This document shows positions 10,862 through 19,990 of a stretch of DNA of 32,000 nt, piece by piece. Position 1 is the first letter of the stretch; each line of letters opens with the position of its first letter. The position numbers were made by a program, and so were the translations under genes. Source of the DNA: an uncultured Actinomycetota bacterium (lineage in GTDB: Bacteria > Actinomycetota > Actinomycetes > Actinomycetales > Kineosporiaceae). The notes under the pieces are model-generated. The model did no database searches. It was not told where the DNA came from and was given only the letters and a program-made list of their open reading frames with translations. The DNA lies in assembly GCA_963710915.1 (NCBI GenBank), contig CAVQCD010000008.1, positions 284,129 to 316,128 on the forward strand. The letters are read 5' to 3'.

Positions 10862-12625
10862 ATGAGTCAGCATCATGATGACTCGCGCACGAGCGGAGTG
10901 CTCGGCATCGCCCCGGATCGCCTCTCCGTGTCGATCAGCTCCTCGACCGGCGACGAGCCCGACGACGTCTCCGAACCCCGGACGAATCCTGTGCCGCGCG
11001 CGGTGACAGCCTCCGTGGTCTCCACGACCTCGACGACCGAGAACGGCGCGGGCGGCTCGGCCTCGAACGGTGCCGCCAGCACGACGGCCGGCACGGGGAT
11101 CGGCGTGGGCTCGGTGCTCAGCCGCCGCTACCGGCTCACCGGTCTGATCGGTCGCGGTGGCATGGCCGACGTCTACCGCGCCGACGACCAGGTGCTGCGC
11201 CGCTCGGTCGCGGTCAAGGTGTTCCGCCCGGGCACCGACCGCAACGCCGACCGGCTGCGCTTCCTGGCCGAGATCCGCACCCTGGCCTCGCTGGCCCACC
11301 CGAACCTGGTGGCGCTGTACGACGGTGGCCAGGACGAGGCCCAGCCCTGGTGCGTCATGCAGATGATGGAGGGCGGCACCCTCGCCGACCTCGAGGGCGC
11401 CGATGACGGAACCGCCGATCCGGCCCGGGTGGCCACCATCGGCGCGCAGATCGCCGACGGGCTCGCCTACATCCACGACCGCGGCATCGTGCACCGCGAC
11501 GTGAAGCCGAGCAACGTGCTCCTGGACTCCGACGGCGACGCCTACCTGTCCGACTTCGGCGTGGCCCAGATGGTCGACGCCACCCGGATGACCGCCACCG
11601 GCGCCCTGCTCGGTACCGCCGCGTACCTGTCCCCCGAGCAGGTGCTCGGGCGGCACGCCACCGCGGCGGTCGATGTGTACGCCCTGGCACTCGTCCTGCT
11701 GGAGACCCTGACCGGCACGCGTGAGTTCCCCGGGGCGCCGATCGAATCCGCGGTGGCCCGGTTGTCCCGCGCCCCGCAGGTGCCGGCTCGGCTCGGCCCG
11801 GCCTGGGCGGAGCTGCTCACCGCGATGACCGCGATCGAGCCGGAGGGCCGCCCGGACGCCGCTGCGGCGGCCAGCTGGCTGCGCTCCCTCGCGCGCGGTG
11901 GCCGCGAGGAGGGGGCCGTGCCCCTCCAGCGCACCCGGACCGACCCGGACACCGCACCGACCGCGATCTCACCCGCCGCGTTCCGCCCGCCCGCCGCGAC
12001 CGGAACCATCTCCACCGTGGGCCTGCGCACCGTGCCGGAGGCCGATGACGCCCCGCCCGGCAGCTGGCCCGAGAAGGCCACCCGGCTGATCCGGTCCACC
12101 CCCGCACGCACCGCGGGGCTGGCGGCCGGCGCCGTCGTGGTCGTGCTGCTGGGAGCCTGGACACTGCCCACGATCTTCGCCGGCCGGGGGCCGGCGGTGC
12201 CCGTGGTGACGAGTGACTCCACGGCGAGCACCGACGGCGGTGCGTTGAACAACCAGGGGCTGACGGCTCCCTCGCTCGGCTCGCCCCTGCCCTCCCGGTC
12301 CGCCAGCGCCGCGGCCGGTGGGTTCCGGCCCGATCTGACCAACGGGGGCAAGGGCGGCATCCGCACCACGGTGCCGCGGCGGGTCACCACCGCCTCGACC
12401 TCCGCGCCGAGCGTGAAGGCGTCGACGAAACCGTCGACCACTCCGACCTCCGCGCCCACCTCGCCCTCCGTGATCAGTTCGGTCCCGGGCCCCAGCACGG
12501 ATCCGACCACGTCGACCACGGCCACGGATCCCCCCACCACCACGACCTCCACCAGCACGACGAGCACCACGACGGCCACGACGAGCACCACCACGCCGCC
12601 CTCGCCCGACCCCAACCCGAACTGA
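10862..12625 (+). CDS. Membrane Ser/Thr protein kinase (Hanks type) with Thr/Ser/Pro-rich extracytoplasmic tail
   Basis: Kinase motifs are GRGGMADVY, AVK, HRDVKPSNVLL, DFG and SPEQ. One TM helix is present (AAGAVVVVLLGAWTLPTIFAG). The C-terminus reads ...TSTTATDPPTTTTSTSTTSTTTATTSTTTPPSPDPNPN. Confidence 0.9.
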   Translation: MSQHHDDSRTSGVLGIAPDRLSVSISSSTGDEPDDVSEPRTNPVPRAVTASVVSTTSTTENGAGGSASNGAASTTAGTGIGVGSVLSRRYRLTGLIGRGGMADVYRADDQVLRRSVAVKVFRPGTDRNADRLRFLAEIRTLASLAHPNLVALYDGGQDEAQPWCVMQMMEGGTLADLEGADDGTADPARVATIGAQIADGLAYIHDRGIVHRDVKPSNVLLDSDGDAYLSDFGVAQMVDATRMTATGALLGTAAYLSPEQVLGRHATAAVDVYALALVLLETLTGTREFPGAPIESAVARLSRAPQVPARLGPAWAELLTAMTAIEPEGRPDAAAAASWLRSLARGGREEGAVPLQRTRTDPDTAPTAISPAAFRPPAATGTISTVGLRTVPEADDAPPGSWPEKATRLIRSTPARTAGLAAGAVVVVLLGAWTLPTIFAGRGPAVPVVTSDSTASTDGGALNNQGLTAPSLGSPLPSRSASAAAGGFRPDLTNGGKGGIRTTVPRRVTTASTSAPSVKASTKPSTTPTSAPTSPSVISSVPGPSTDPTTSTTATDPPTTTTSTSTTSTTTATTSTTTPPSPDPNPN

Positions 12626-12653
12626 GCCGATCCGGGCCCGGCTCCCCGAGGGG

Positions 12654-13736
12654 TCAGCAGATCCGGGGCAGCAGCTCTCCCAGCGGCAGGTCGACCACGC
12701 GGGTACCACCGAGCCCGGTACGGGCCACCACCATGCCCGGGTGCTGCTCGACCACCTCGCCGATCACCGTCGCGTCACGCCCGAAGGGGTGCTCGCGCAT
12801 GGCGGCCAGCACGGCGTCCGCCGCGTCCCGGGGCACGAACGCGACCAGCTTCCCCTCGTTGGCCACATAGAACGGGTCCAGGCCGAGGAAGCCGCAGGCG
12901 TTGGCCACAGCCTCCGGCACCGGAACCGCTCGTTCGGCGAACTCGACCCCGACCCCGGCCACGGCGGCGATCTCGTTCAGCGAGGCGGCCAGCCCGCCGC
13001 GGGTGGGGTCGCGCAGCACGTGCAGGTCCGGACAGACGGCGAGCATCGCCGCGACCAGGCCGTGCAGCGGTGCGGAATCGGTGACGATCTCGGTGCCGAA
13101 CTCCAGCCCCTCCCGCACGCTCATCACCGCGATCCCGTGCACCCCGATGTCGCCGCTGACCATCACCACGTCACCGGGCCGGGCCCGCTGCGGGCGGATG
13201 TCCACCCCGTCGGGGATCAGCCCGATCCCCGAGGTGTTCACGTAGACGCCGTCGCCGTGTCCGGCGTCGACCACCTTGGTGTCGCCGGTGACGATGCTCA
13301 CCCCGGCCGCCCGGGCCGCCCGGCCCATCGCCTGGGCGATCCGCCCGACGACGTCCAGCGCGGTGCCCTCCTCGAGGATGAACCCGCAGGACAGGTGGGC
13401 CGGTTGGGCGCCGCTCATGGCCAGGTCGTTGACCGTGCCGTTGACCGCCAGGTCGCCGATCGACCCGCCCGGGAAGAACATCGGGCGGACGACGTAGGAG
13501 TCGGTGGAGAAGGCCAGCCGGGTTCCACCGAGCGTCAGGACGGCGGAGTCGCTCACCCCGGCCGGCCCGCTCATGCCGATCGGTCCGGCGTCCTGGTCGC
13601 TGGCCAGGGCCGGCAGGAACAGGTGCTGCACCAGCTCGGCGGACATCGCCCCGCCACCGCCGTGGCCGAGCACCACCACGGGTGAGTCGCGCAGCGGCAT
13701 CGGGCAGGTCCAGCTGTCGAAGTCCAACTCAGCCAA
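12654..13736 (-). CDS. hypE: Hydrogenase maturation carbamoyl dehydratase HypE
   Basis: ...[21 protein letters not shown]... is an AIR-synthase-like fold, and the invariant C-terminal PRIC is followed by a stop. It is the terminal part of track ORF 12654..17627. The TTG at 13736 overlaps the repaired hypD stop and has GGGAGA upstream. Alternative starts are 13727 and 13700. Confidence 0.9.
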   Translation of the reverse strand: MAELDFDSWTCPMPLRDSPVVVLGHGGGGAMSAELVQHLFLPALASDQDAGPIGMSGPAGVSDSAVLTLGGTRLAFSTDSYVVRPMFFPGGSIGDLAVNGTVNDLAMSGAQPAHLSCGFILEEGTALDVVGRIAQAMGRAARAAGVSIVTGDTKVVDAGHGDGVYVNTSGIGLIPDGVDIRPQRARPGDVVMVSGDIGVHGIAVMSVREGLEFGTEIVTDSAPLHGLVAAMLAVCPDLHVLRDPTRGGLAASLNEIAAVAGVGVEFAERAVPVPEAVANACGFLGLDPFYVANEGKLVAFVPRDAADAVLAAMREHPFGRDATVIGEVVEQHPGMVVARTGLGGTRVVDLPLGELLPRIC

Positions 13737-14851
13737 CGGGTTCGGTCTCCCTGGGTGCGGTACCGCCGAGTCGGCGGTAGGCGTAGTAGGCGGCGCAGGC
13801 ACCCTCGTTGCTGACCATGGTGGCGCCGAGCGGCGTTGCGCGGGGTGCACAGGGTGCCGAACGCCGCGCACTCGTGCGGCTTGATCAGGCCCTGCAGCAC
13901 CTCGCCGCTGCGACAGTCGGAGGACTCCTCGGTCTGGATCCCGGCGACGTCGAACCGGGCCTCGGCGTCGTAGTCGCGGTAGGCCTCGCTCAGCCGCCAG
14001 CCCGATCCGGGGATCACCCCGATCCCGCGCCAGGCCCGATCGGTCACCTCGAACACGTCGGCGAGCATCGCCCGGGCCGCCGGATTCCCTTCCTCCGGAA
14101 CAGCTCTCGGGTAGGCGTTCTCCAGCTCGTGCCGGCCCGACTCCAACTGACGCACCGTGCGCCGGATCCCCTCCAGCACATCCAGCGGTTCGAACCCGGT
14201 GACCACGATCGGCACCCGGTAGCGCTGCGCCAGCTCGGGGTACTCCCCGGTGCCCATCACCGAGCAGACGTGCCCGGCGGCGAGGAAGCCCTGCACCCGG
14301 CAGGTCGGCGACTCCATGATCGCCGAGATGGCCGGCGGCACCCGCACATGGGAGACCAGCAGCGAGAAGTTCTCGATCCCCAGCCGCTTGGCCTGGTAGA
14401 CGGTCATCGCGTTCGGTGGCGCGGTGGTCTCGAACCCGATCCCGAAGAAGACGACCTGGCGATCCGGGTTGTCCCGCGCGAGCTCCAGGGCGTCCAGCGG
14501 GGAGTACACCACCCGCACGTCGGCCCCACCGCTCTTCACCCGGAACAGGTCCCGGCCGCTGCCCGGCACCCGCAGCATGTCGCCGAAGGAGCAGAAGATC
14601 ACCCCTGGCCGGGAGGCGATCTCCAGCGCCTTGTCGATGGTCTCCAGCGGCGTGACGCAGACCGGGCAGCCGGGGCCGTGGATCAGCTCGATCTGCTCGG
14701 GCAGCAACTGGTCGATCCCGTGCCGGATGATCGAGTGCGTCTGCCCGCCGCACACCTCCATGATCGCCCACGGCCGGGTCACCGTCGCGGCGATGTCGTC
14801 CAGCAGCCGCCGGGCCAGCGCCGGGTCGTTGAACTCGTCGAGGTACTTCAC
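13729..14851 (-). pseudogene. hypD: Hydrogenase maturation factor HypD, reading frame broken near 13834 as sequenced
   Basis: [10 protein letters not shown]..., [29 protein letters not shown] and the HVRVPP motifs are all in one frame down to ...FGTLCTPRN. The conserved continuation [21 protein letters not shown]...stop(13731-13729) is in the next frame. Total span is 1123 nt, which is 3n+1. Confidence 0.88.
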
Positions 14852-15094
14852 GCCCCGAGCTCCTCGTCGAGCAGACCCGAGGCTGTGGAAGAGCTCGAGC
14901 GTCTCCAGGGCCGACTTCTCGTCCAGCTTCTGGATCGCGAACCCGACGTGGACGATCGTGTAGTCGCCCACCGCGATGTCGGGCAGGTAGGCCAGACAGA
15001 CGTCCTTCACCACGCCACCGAAGTCGACCTTGGCCATCCGGGTCAGGTCGCGGTCCTCCACCTCGAGGACCTTGCCAGGCACCGCGAGACACAT
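14848..15094 (-). pseudogene. hypC: Hydrogenase maturation factor HypC, own stop lost by a frame slip and read through in-frame into hypD as sequenced
   Basis: [12 protein letters not shown]... carries the essential Cys2, and AAGGAG lies 6 nt upstream of ATG 15094. No stop occurs before the hypD GTG at 14851. Shifting one base after ...ELFHSL gives GLLDEELGA and then TGA at 14850-14848, forming a GTGA overlap with hypD. The span is 247 nt, which is 3n+1. Confidence 0.8.
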
Positions 15095-15126
15095 GGTGGG
15101 CTCCTTTCGTCGATGCGTGGTGGAAC

Positions 15127-17525
15127 TCAGCAGCGGGCGCGCGCACCCACGACGATCTGGCCGAGCGCCAGACCACCGTCGTTCGGAGGGACCGTACGGT
15201 GTCTGAGCACCGTATACCGCCTCGCGCGCAAGGCATCGGCGGTGAGCGAGAGCAGAAGGCCGTTGGCGAACACCCCTCCGGACAGGGCCACCCGCCGCTG
15301 CGGATCGGTGAACCCGCCACGGGCCACCGCAGCGTCGGCCACCTCGGCCACCGCCGTGGCCACGGCGCGATGGAACCTGAGCGCCGACACCGCCGGTGGG
15401 CTCCCGGCGCGCACGTCGTCGACCACCTGGCGGACCAGTGCCCCGCAGTCCCAGCGCCACGGACCCTCGCCCTGGGTGAGCAGCGGCAGCGTGTACCCAG
15501 CGCCGTCGTCCGCGCCGTCGTCCGTCGCGTCGTGCGGGCCTGTTCGGCTGCGGACTGCAGTTCCATCGCCGCCTGCGCCTCGTAGCCGGCCGTGTGGCAG
15601 ATCCCGAGGAGCGAGGACACCGCGTCGAAGAGCCGGCCCATGCTCGAGGTCGGCACGCAGGCCAGCCCGACGTCGAGCTGACGGGCCAGCACGGCCCGCT
15701 CCTGCGCCGGGCAGGCGGCGACCGCCGGCAGCGCGTCGTCCCACGCGATCCCGGCATGCCGCAGGTGGGCCAGCGCCATCCGGTACGGACGGCGCACCGA
15801 GGCGTCCCCACCGGCCAGCGGCACGTAGTCGAGGTGGGCCACCCGGTGGTACGTCGTGTAGTCGGCGAGCATCACCTCCCCGCCCCAGACCGCGCCGTCG
15901 TCGCCGTACCCGGTGCCGTCGAAGGCGATCCCGAGCACCGCTGTGGCGCCGTCCTGACCGTGTTCGGCCAGCACCGAGGCGAGGTGCGCATGGTGGTGCT
16001 GCACCGTCGCGGGCGGGTCCAGGCCCAGCTGGACGGCGCGGCGCCGCGCCCAGCCGGCGCTGCGGTAGCCGGGGTGGCAGTCGGCGACGAGCCGGGTGGG
16101 ATGCACCTCGACCAACGCCGTCAGCTGGGTGACCGCGCCGTCGAAGGCCTGCTGGGTGGCCAGGTCGTCCATGTCGCCGATGTGCCCGGACAGCCACGCG
16201 TAACGGCCCTGCGCCACGCAGAAGGTGTTCTTCAGGTCGCCTCCGGCGGCCAGGGCGGGCACCACCTCGACCGGCAGCGCCACCGGCATGGGGGCGTACC
16301 CGCGGGAGCGGCGGATCGGCAGCTCCTGCCCGTCGACCACGGCCAGCACCGAGTCGTCGCAGGGCACGTGGATCGGCCGGTCGTGGCGCAGCCAGGCGTC
16401 GGCGATCCCGTCCAGCCGGGTCAGCGCCTCGGCGTCGTCGGTCACGATCGGCTCGCCGGCCAGGTTGCCGCTGGTCAGCACCAGCGACCCGGGCCCGGCG
16501 GGGTCGCCGGGCAGGCCGAGCAGCAACTGGTGCAGCGCACTCGGCGGCAGCATCACCCCGAGCCGGTCGCTGCGCGGGGCGACCTCCTCTGCCACCACCG
16601 GCCCGGCGGGTGAACCGAGCCCGGCGATCCGGCGCAGCAGCACGATCGGGCGGCGGGCCGAGACCAGCAGCGCCGCCTCGGCGTCGTCCACCCGGGCGAT
16701 CCGCCGGGCCGCCTCGAGATCGGCCACCAGCACCGCGAACGGCTTGTCCCCGCGGCGCTTCCGCGCCCGTAGCCGGGCCACCGCCACCGGGTCACCTGCG
16801 TCGCAGGCCAGGTGGTACCCACCGATCCCCTTGACCGCCACGATGCCGCCGTCGGCCAGCAGGCGGCGGGCCTGCTGCAGTGCCGCCTCCCGGGTGAGCG
16901 GGTCGTGCCCGGGAGCGAGCAGCTCGAGCACCGGGCCGCAGGCGTGGCAGGCCACCGGCTGGGCATGGAAGCGCCGGTCGGCGGGATCGGCATACTCGCG
17001 GGCGCAGTCGGGGCAGAGCGGGAAGGAGGCCATGGTGGTCATCGGCCGGTCGTAGGGCAGCCCGGTGACGATGGTGAACCGGGGCCCGCAGGCGGTGCAG
17101 GTGATGAACGGGTGCCGGTAGCGGCGGTCGGCAGGGTCGGTGCACTCGGCCAGGCAGTCGGCGCAGGTGGCCACATCCGGAGGAACGAGGGTCCGCCGGC
17201 CGGTGCCGCCGGCGCCGGTGCCCGAGGCGGCGATCACGAACCCGCTGCCCGGCCGCGGCGGCATCACCTCCCAGGTGACCGACTCGACCACGGCCAGCGG
17301 CGGCGCCTGGTCGGCCACCGCCCGGCAGAACTCCTCGACGTCCGCGGCCGCGCCCTGCACCTCGGCCAGCACGCCGTCGGCGTCGTTGCTCACCTCGCCG
17401 GACAGGCCCAGCCGCGCGGCCAGGGCGTAGACGAACGGCCGGAACCCGACGCCCTGCACCACCCCGCGCACCCGCACCCGGCGTCGCCGGGTGAGCCCGG
17501 CGATCTGCCCGGGGGCCACGGTCAC
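15127..17525 (-). pseudogene. hypF: Carbamoyltransferase HypF, reading frame broken around 15495-15545 as sequenced
   Basis: All of the following are in the frame of track ORF 12654..17627:
- acylphosphatase domain (VRGVVQGVGFRPFVY)
- four zinc-finger motifs (CADC...C, CTACGPRF, CPDC, CHACGP)
- YrdC-like domain (KGIGGYHLACDA, KRRGDKPFAV)
- Kae1-like domain (FDGTGYGDDGAVWGGE)
The conserved C-terminus (...RFHRAVA...[11 protein letters not shown]...[11 protein letters not shown]) is in the frame of ORF 15127..16197. GTG 17525 overlaps the NHL gene stop (GTGA). The span is 2399 nt, which is 3n+2. Confidence 0.88.
15501..15524. repeat. Perfect 12-nt tandem duplication (CGCCGTCGTCCG x2) inside hypF, next to the frame break
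   Basis: Read directly from the sequence: 15501-15512 equals 15513-15524. It encodes ADDG-ADDG in the downstream hypF frame. The following 11 nt (15525-15535, TCGCGTCGTGC) look like a degenerate third copy that is one base short. Confidence 0.9.
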
Positions 17526-18718
17526 GGCCGGTTCCACAGCACGACCCGGTTGTTGCCGGAGTCGGCGACGGCGAGCACCGCGCCGTACCGCGGGTCGGCC
17601 GCCGCGGAGACGCCGTAGGGCCAGCACAGGCTGTCGCCGGTGACCGCGGTCCAGCGGTTCTCCCCGGCGGCGTCGAAGGTGTCCTGCCCGAGCACGGCGG
17701 ACGCCGCGGCGCCGCTGTCCGCGGGGCCGTCCCAGACCAGCACCCGGTTGTTGGCGGTGTCCCCGACCACGAGGGAGTCGCCGATCGCGGCGGCTGCGTA
17801 GGGGAACCGCAGCCGGGCCGGGCCCTGCGGCACGTGCGGCATCTCGGCGGCGGTGGTGAACGAGGTCTGGCCGAGCACCAGGTCGGCCGGCCGATCGCCG
17901 TCCAGTGGCAGCCGCCAGCCGAGCAGCCGGTGGTTGCCGGCGTCCGCCACCCAGAGCACCCCGTGCAGCACGGCGATCGCGTGCGGCCAGCGGAAGGAGT
18001 CGCCTGCGACGTCGCCGCCCCGGTTCTCGTCCCGCCGGGCGGCGCCGTCCTGCCCGAGCACGACGTCGGCGGCCCGGCCCCGCTGCGGCAGCCCCTGCCA
18101 GCCCAGCACCCGCCGGTTGCCGGTGTCGCTGACCCAGAGCCAGCCGTCGTGCCAGGTCACCCCGAACGGCCAGTAGAAGCAGGCCCCGTCCGGATCACCG
18201 CCGGCGTTCTCCGTGACCGCCGACAGCGAGTCCTGGCCGAACCACCACACCGGCGCTGCGTCGTCCCGCGCCAGCGCGGCGTCGTAGCCGAGCAGGCGGT
18301 GGTTCCAGCCGTCGGCCACCAGCAGCAGCCGGCCCTCGGGCGCCTCGGCGAACGCCAGACCGGTGGGCAGGTGCAGCCCGCGCTCGGGCCCCCGCCCGCC
18401 GGCCTGCGGGCCCTCGCTGCGCGGGTCGGGCTGGCCGATCACCAGGTCGCAGTCTGCGCCGTCCTGCGAGGGCAGGTCGTTCCAGACCATCAGCCGGTGG
18501 TTGCCGGTGTCTGCGGCGATCACCCGGGTGCGCCCGTCGAGGGCGTCCAGCAGCACCCCGCGGGGGGCGTAGAGCTGGGACGGCGTGGGTTCGGCAGCAG
18601 GCAGGGCCAGGCTCAGGTCCGAGGCGGCGCCGAGCACCCGCAGCGGCTGCCAGCCGCCCGCAGGCCGGCCGGCCGGGCCACCGGCCGAGCCGGTGCTCAG
18701 CTCGACAGGCGCAGCCAT
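17522..18718 (-). CDS. Six-bladed NHL-repeat beta-propeller protein (hydrogenase-cluster accessory, function unknown)
   Basis: Six repeats of the type (V/L)AD(T/S/A)GN(H/R/N)R(L/V)(L/V)xW are present: IAADTGNHRLMVW, LVADGWNHRLLGY, WVSDTGNRRVLGW, WVADAGNHRLLGW, VVGDTANNRVLVW and AVADSGNNRVVLW. ATG 18718 overlaps the upstream gene end. The track start at 18817 is rejected. Confidence 0.8.
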   Translation of the reverse strand: MAAPVELSTGSAGGPAGRPAGGWQPLRVLGAASDLSLALPAAEPTPSQLYAPRGVLLDALDGRTRVIAADTGNHRLMVWNDLPSQDGADCDLVIGQPDPRSEGPQAGGRGPERGLHLPTGLAFAEAPEGRLLLVADGWNHRLLGYDAALARDDAAPVWWFGQDSLSAVTENAGGDPDGACFYWPFGVTWHDGWLWVSDTGNRRVLGWQGLPQRGRAADVVLGQDGAARRDENRGGDVAGDSFRWPHAIAVLHGVLWVADAGNHRLLGWRLPLDGDRPADLVLGQTSFTTAAEMPHVPQGPARLRFPYAAAAIGDSLVVGDTANNRVLVWDGPADSGAAASAVLGQDTFDAAGENRWTAVTGDSLCWPYGVSAAADPRYGAVLAVADSGNNRVVLWNRP

Positions 18719-19614
18719 ACCCGCCCGCCGTCCACCCGGGCCGGGTAGGCCTCGAGCCGCTTGTCCATCGCCGAGACACACTCCCCCGTCAGCGCCTGGT
18801 ACTTGTAGCCGTGCCACGGGCAGGTGAGGACCCCGCCCTCGCCGTCGACCATCGCCTTCTCCAGCGAGAACCCCATGTGGGCACAGGCGTTGCGATAGGC
18901 CGCCACCGCGTCACCGACGCGCACCAGGGCCACGGCGTGGGCGTCGTCCACCGCCCGGCCCGGCTCCGGCGGGCCGCCCGGGTGCCACAGGGTCACCGCG
19001 CCGTCGGCCAGGTCCTCGAGCTGCGGGCCCGGGGTCCAGCGCAGGCCGAGCGATCCGAGCGGGATCACCACCTGCTCGGGCTCGGCCGGCACCACCTCCA
19101 CCTGGTGCAGGCCGGGGACCCCGGCCACCAGGGCGCGTTCGACCACCTCGCGCAGGGTGGTCGCCGACTGCGAGCAGCCGCTGCACGCCCCGGACAGGCG
19201 CACCCGGGCCACCGGCAGCTCCACCGAGACCAGCTCCACGTCGCCGCTGTGCGAGGTGAGGTAGGGCCGCACGTCGTCCAGCGCGCGCTGGGCCAGCGTG
19301 GCCGGGTCGGCACGCACGATGCCGTGCATCACCAGCAGGGCGTAGACCACCGGGTCGTCGACCAGCTCGAACAGCAGCTCCTTGCCGCGAGGGTCGTCCT
19401 TGAGCCGGCGGACGACGCGCAGCAGGCCCTCGCGGTGGAACTCCTCCACCGCGGCCTTGAGGTCGTGGGCGACGGTGCGTGAGGCGGCGTCGAGCAGGTC
19501 GGCCCGCTCCACCGCGGTGTCGACCCGACGCGCAACGGCGTCCAGATCACCTGCCGCAGAAGGGGTTCCCGCGGGGGCTCCGGTGGGGGTCTGGGCGGGG
19601 GTCTGGGTGGTCAT
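18697..19614 (-). CDS. NifU-like domain fused to a Rieske [2Fe-2S] domain (HucE/HhyE-like putative hydrogenase iron-sulfur protein)
   Basis: The NifU C-terminal-type motif is SHSGDVELVSVE...VRLSGACSGCSQSATTL. The Rieske motif is CAH-x18-CPWH (CAHMGFSLEKAMVDGEGGVLTCPWHGYKY). ATG 19614 has GAGAGGA upstream. The track N-terminal extension is rejected. Confidence 0.75.
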   Translation of the reverse strand: MTTQTPAQTPTGAPAGTPSAAGDLDAVARRVDTAVERADLLDAASRTVAHDLKAAVEEFHREGLLRVVRRLKDDPRGKELLFELVDDPVVYALLVMHGIVRADPATLAQRALDDVRPYLTSHSGDVELVSVELPVARVRLSGACSGCSQSATTLREVVERALVAGVPGLHQVEVVPAEPEQVVIPLGSLGLRWTPGPQLEDLADGAVTLWHPGGPPEPGRAVDDAHAVALVRVGDAVAAYRNACAHMGFSLEKAMVDGEGGVLTCPWHGYKYQALTGECVSAMDKRLEAYPARVDGGRVWLRLSS

Positions 19615-19624
19615 GCCGGTCCTC

Positions 19625-19987
19625 TCATTGGTGGCCGGACAGTGCCAGCTCGATGCCCTGGTCGACCTTGAGTGCGAGCACATCGGCGAAAGCACGGACG
19701 GCGAGCTCGCGCAGCACCGTCTCCACGGTGCCGCTGTGCTCCCCCGTCAGGGTGCGCTTCTCGCAGTTGCCCAGCACGAACGCGGCACCCGCGGTGTTGT
19801 CCAGCAGGAAGTCGCGCAGCACGGCCCGCACGAACTCGTCCAGCCAGACGCCGGGCCCCTGCGGGTCGGCGCGCAGGGCGGCGAGACCCTCCTCGAGGCC
19901 CCCGGTGCGCTGCACCAGCCGCTCCACGAACCGCTCCGCGGCGGTGTTGATCAGGAAGTCGAACTGCGCCCGTTCGTGCAGCTCCAC
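19625..19987 (-). CDS. Hypothetical 120-aa protein, hydrogenase-cluster accessory
   Basis: The ORF is intact, with a GTG start 3 nt after the upstream stop. Its codon bias matches its neighbours. I recognise no motifs. Confidence 0.55.
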   Translation of the reverse strand: MELHERAQFDFLINTAAERFVERLVQRTGGLEEGLAALRADPQGPGVWLDEFVRAVLRDFLLDNTAGAAFVLGNCEKRTLTGEHSGTVETVLRELAVRAFADVLALKVDQGIELALSGHQ

Positions 19988-19990
19988 GCC

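Noticed and set aside
12654-17627. A single 4,974-nt stop-free ORF (1,657 aa) in the track, which could be read as a giant multidomain HypF-HypE protein.
   Set aside because: Only its two ends are protein-like: HypF domains at the N-terminus and HypE ending in PRIC at the C-terminus. The middle ~800 codons are Arg/Gly/Pro-rich out-of-frame text lying over hypC and hypD, which are clearly encoded in another frame. In DNA this GC-rich, long stop-free frames arise by chance.
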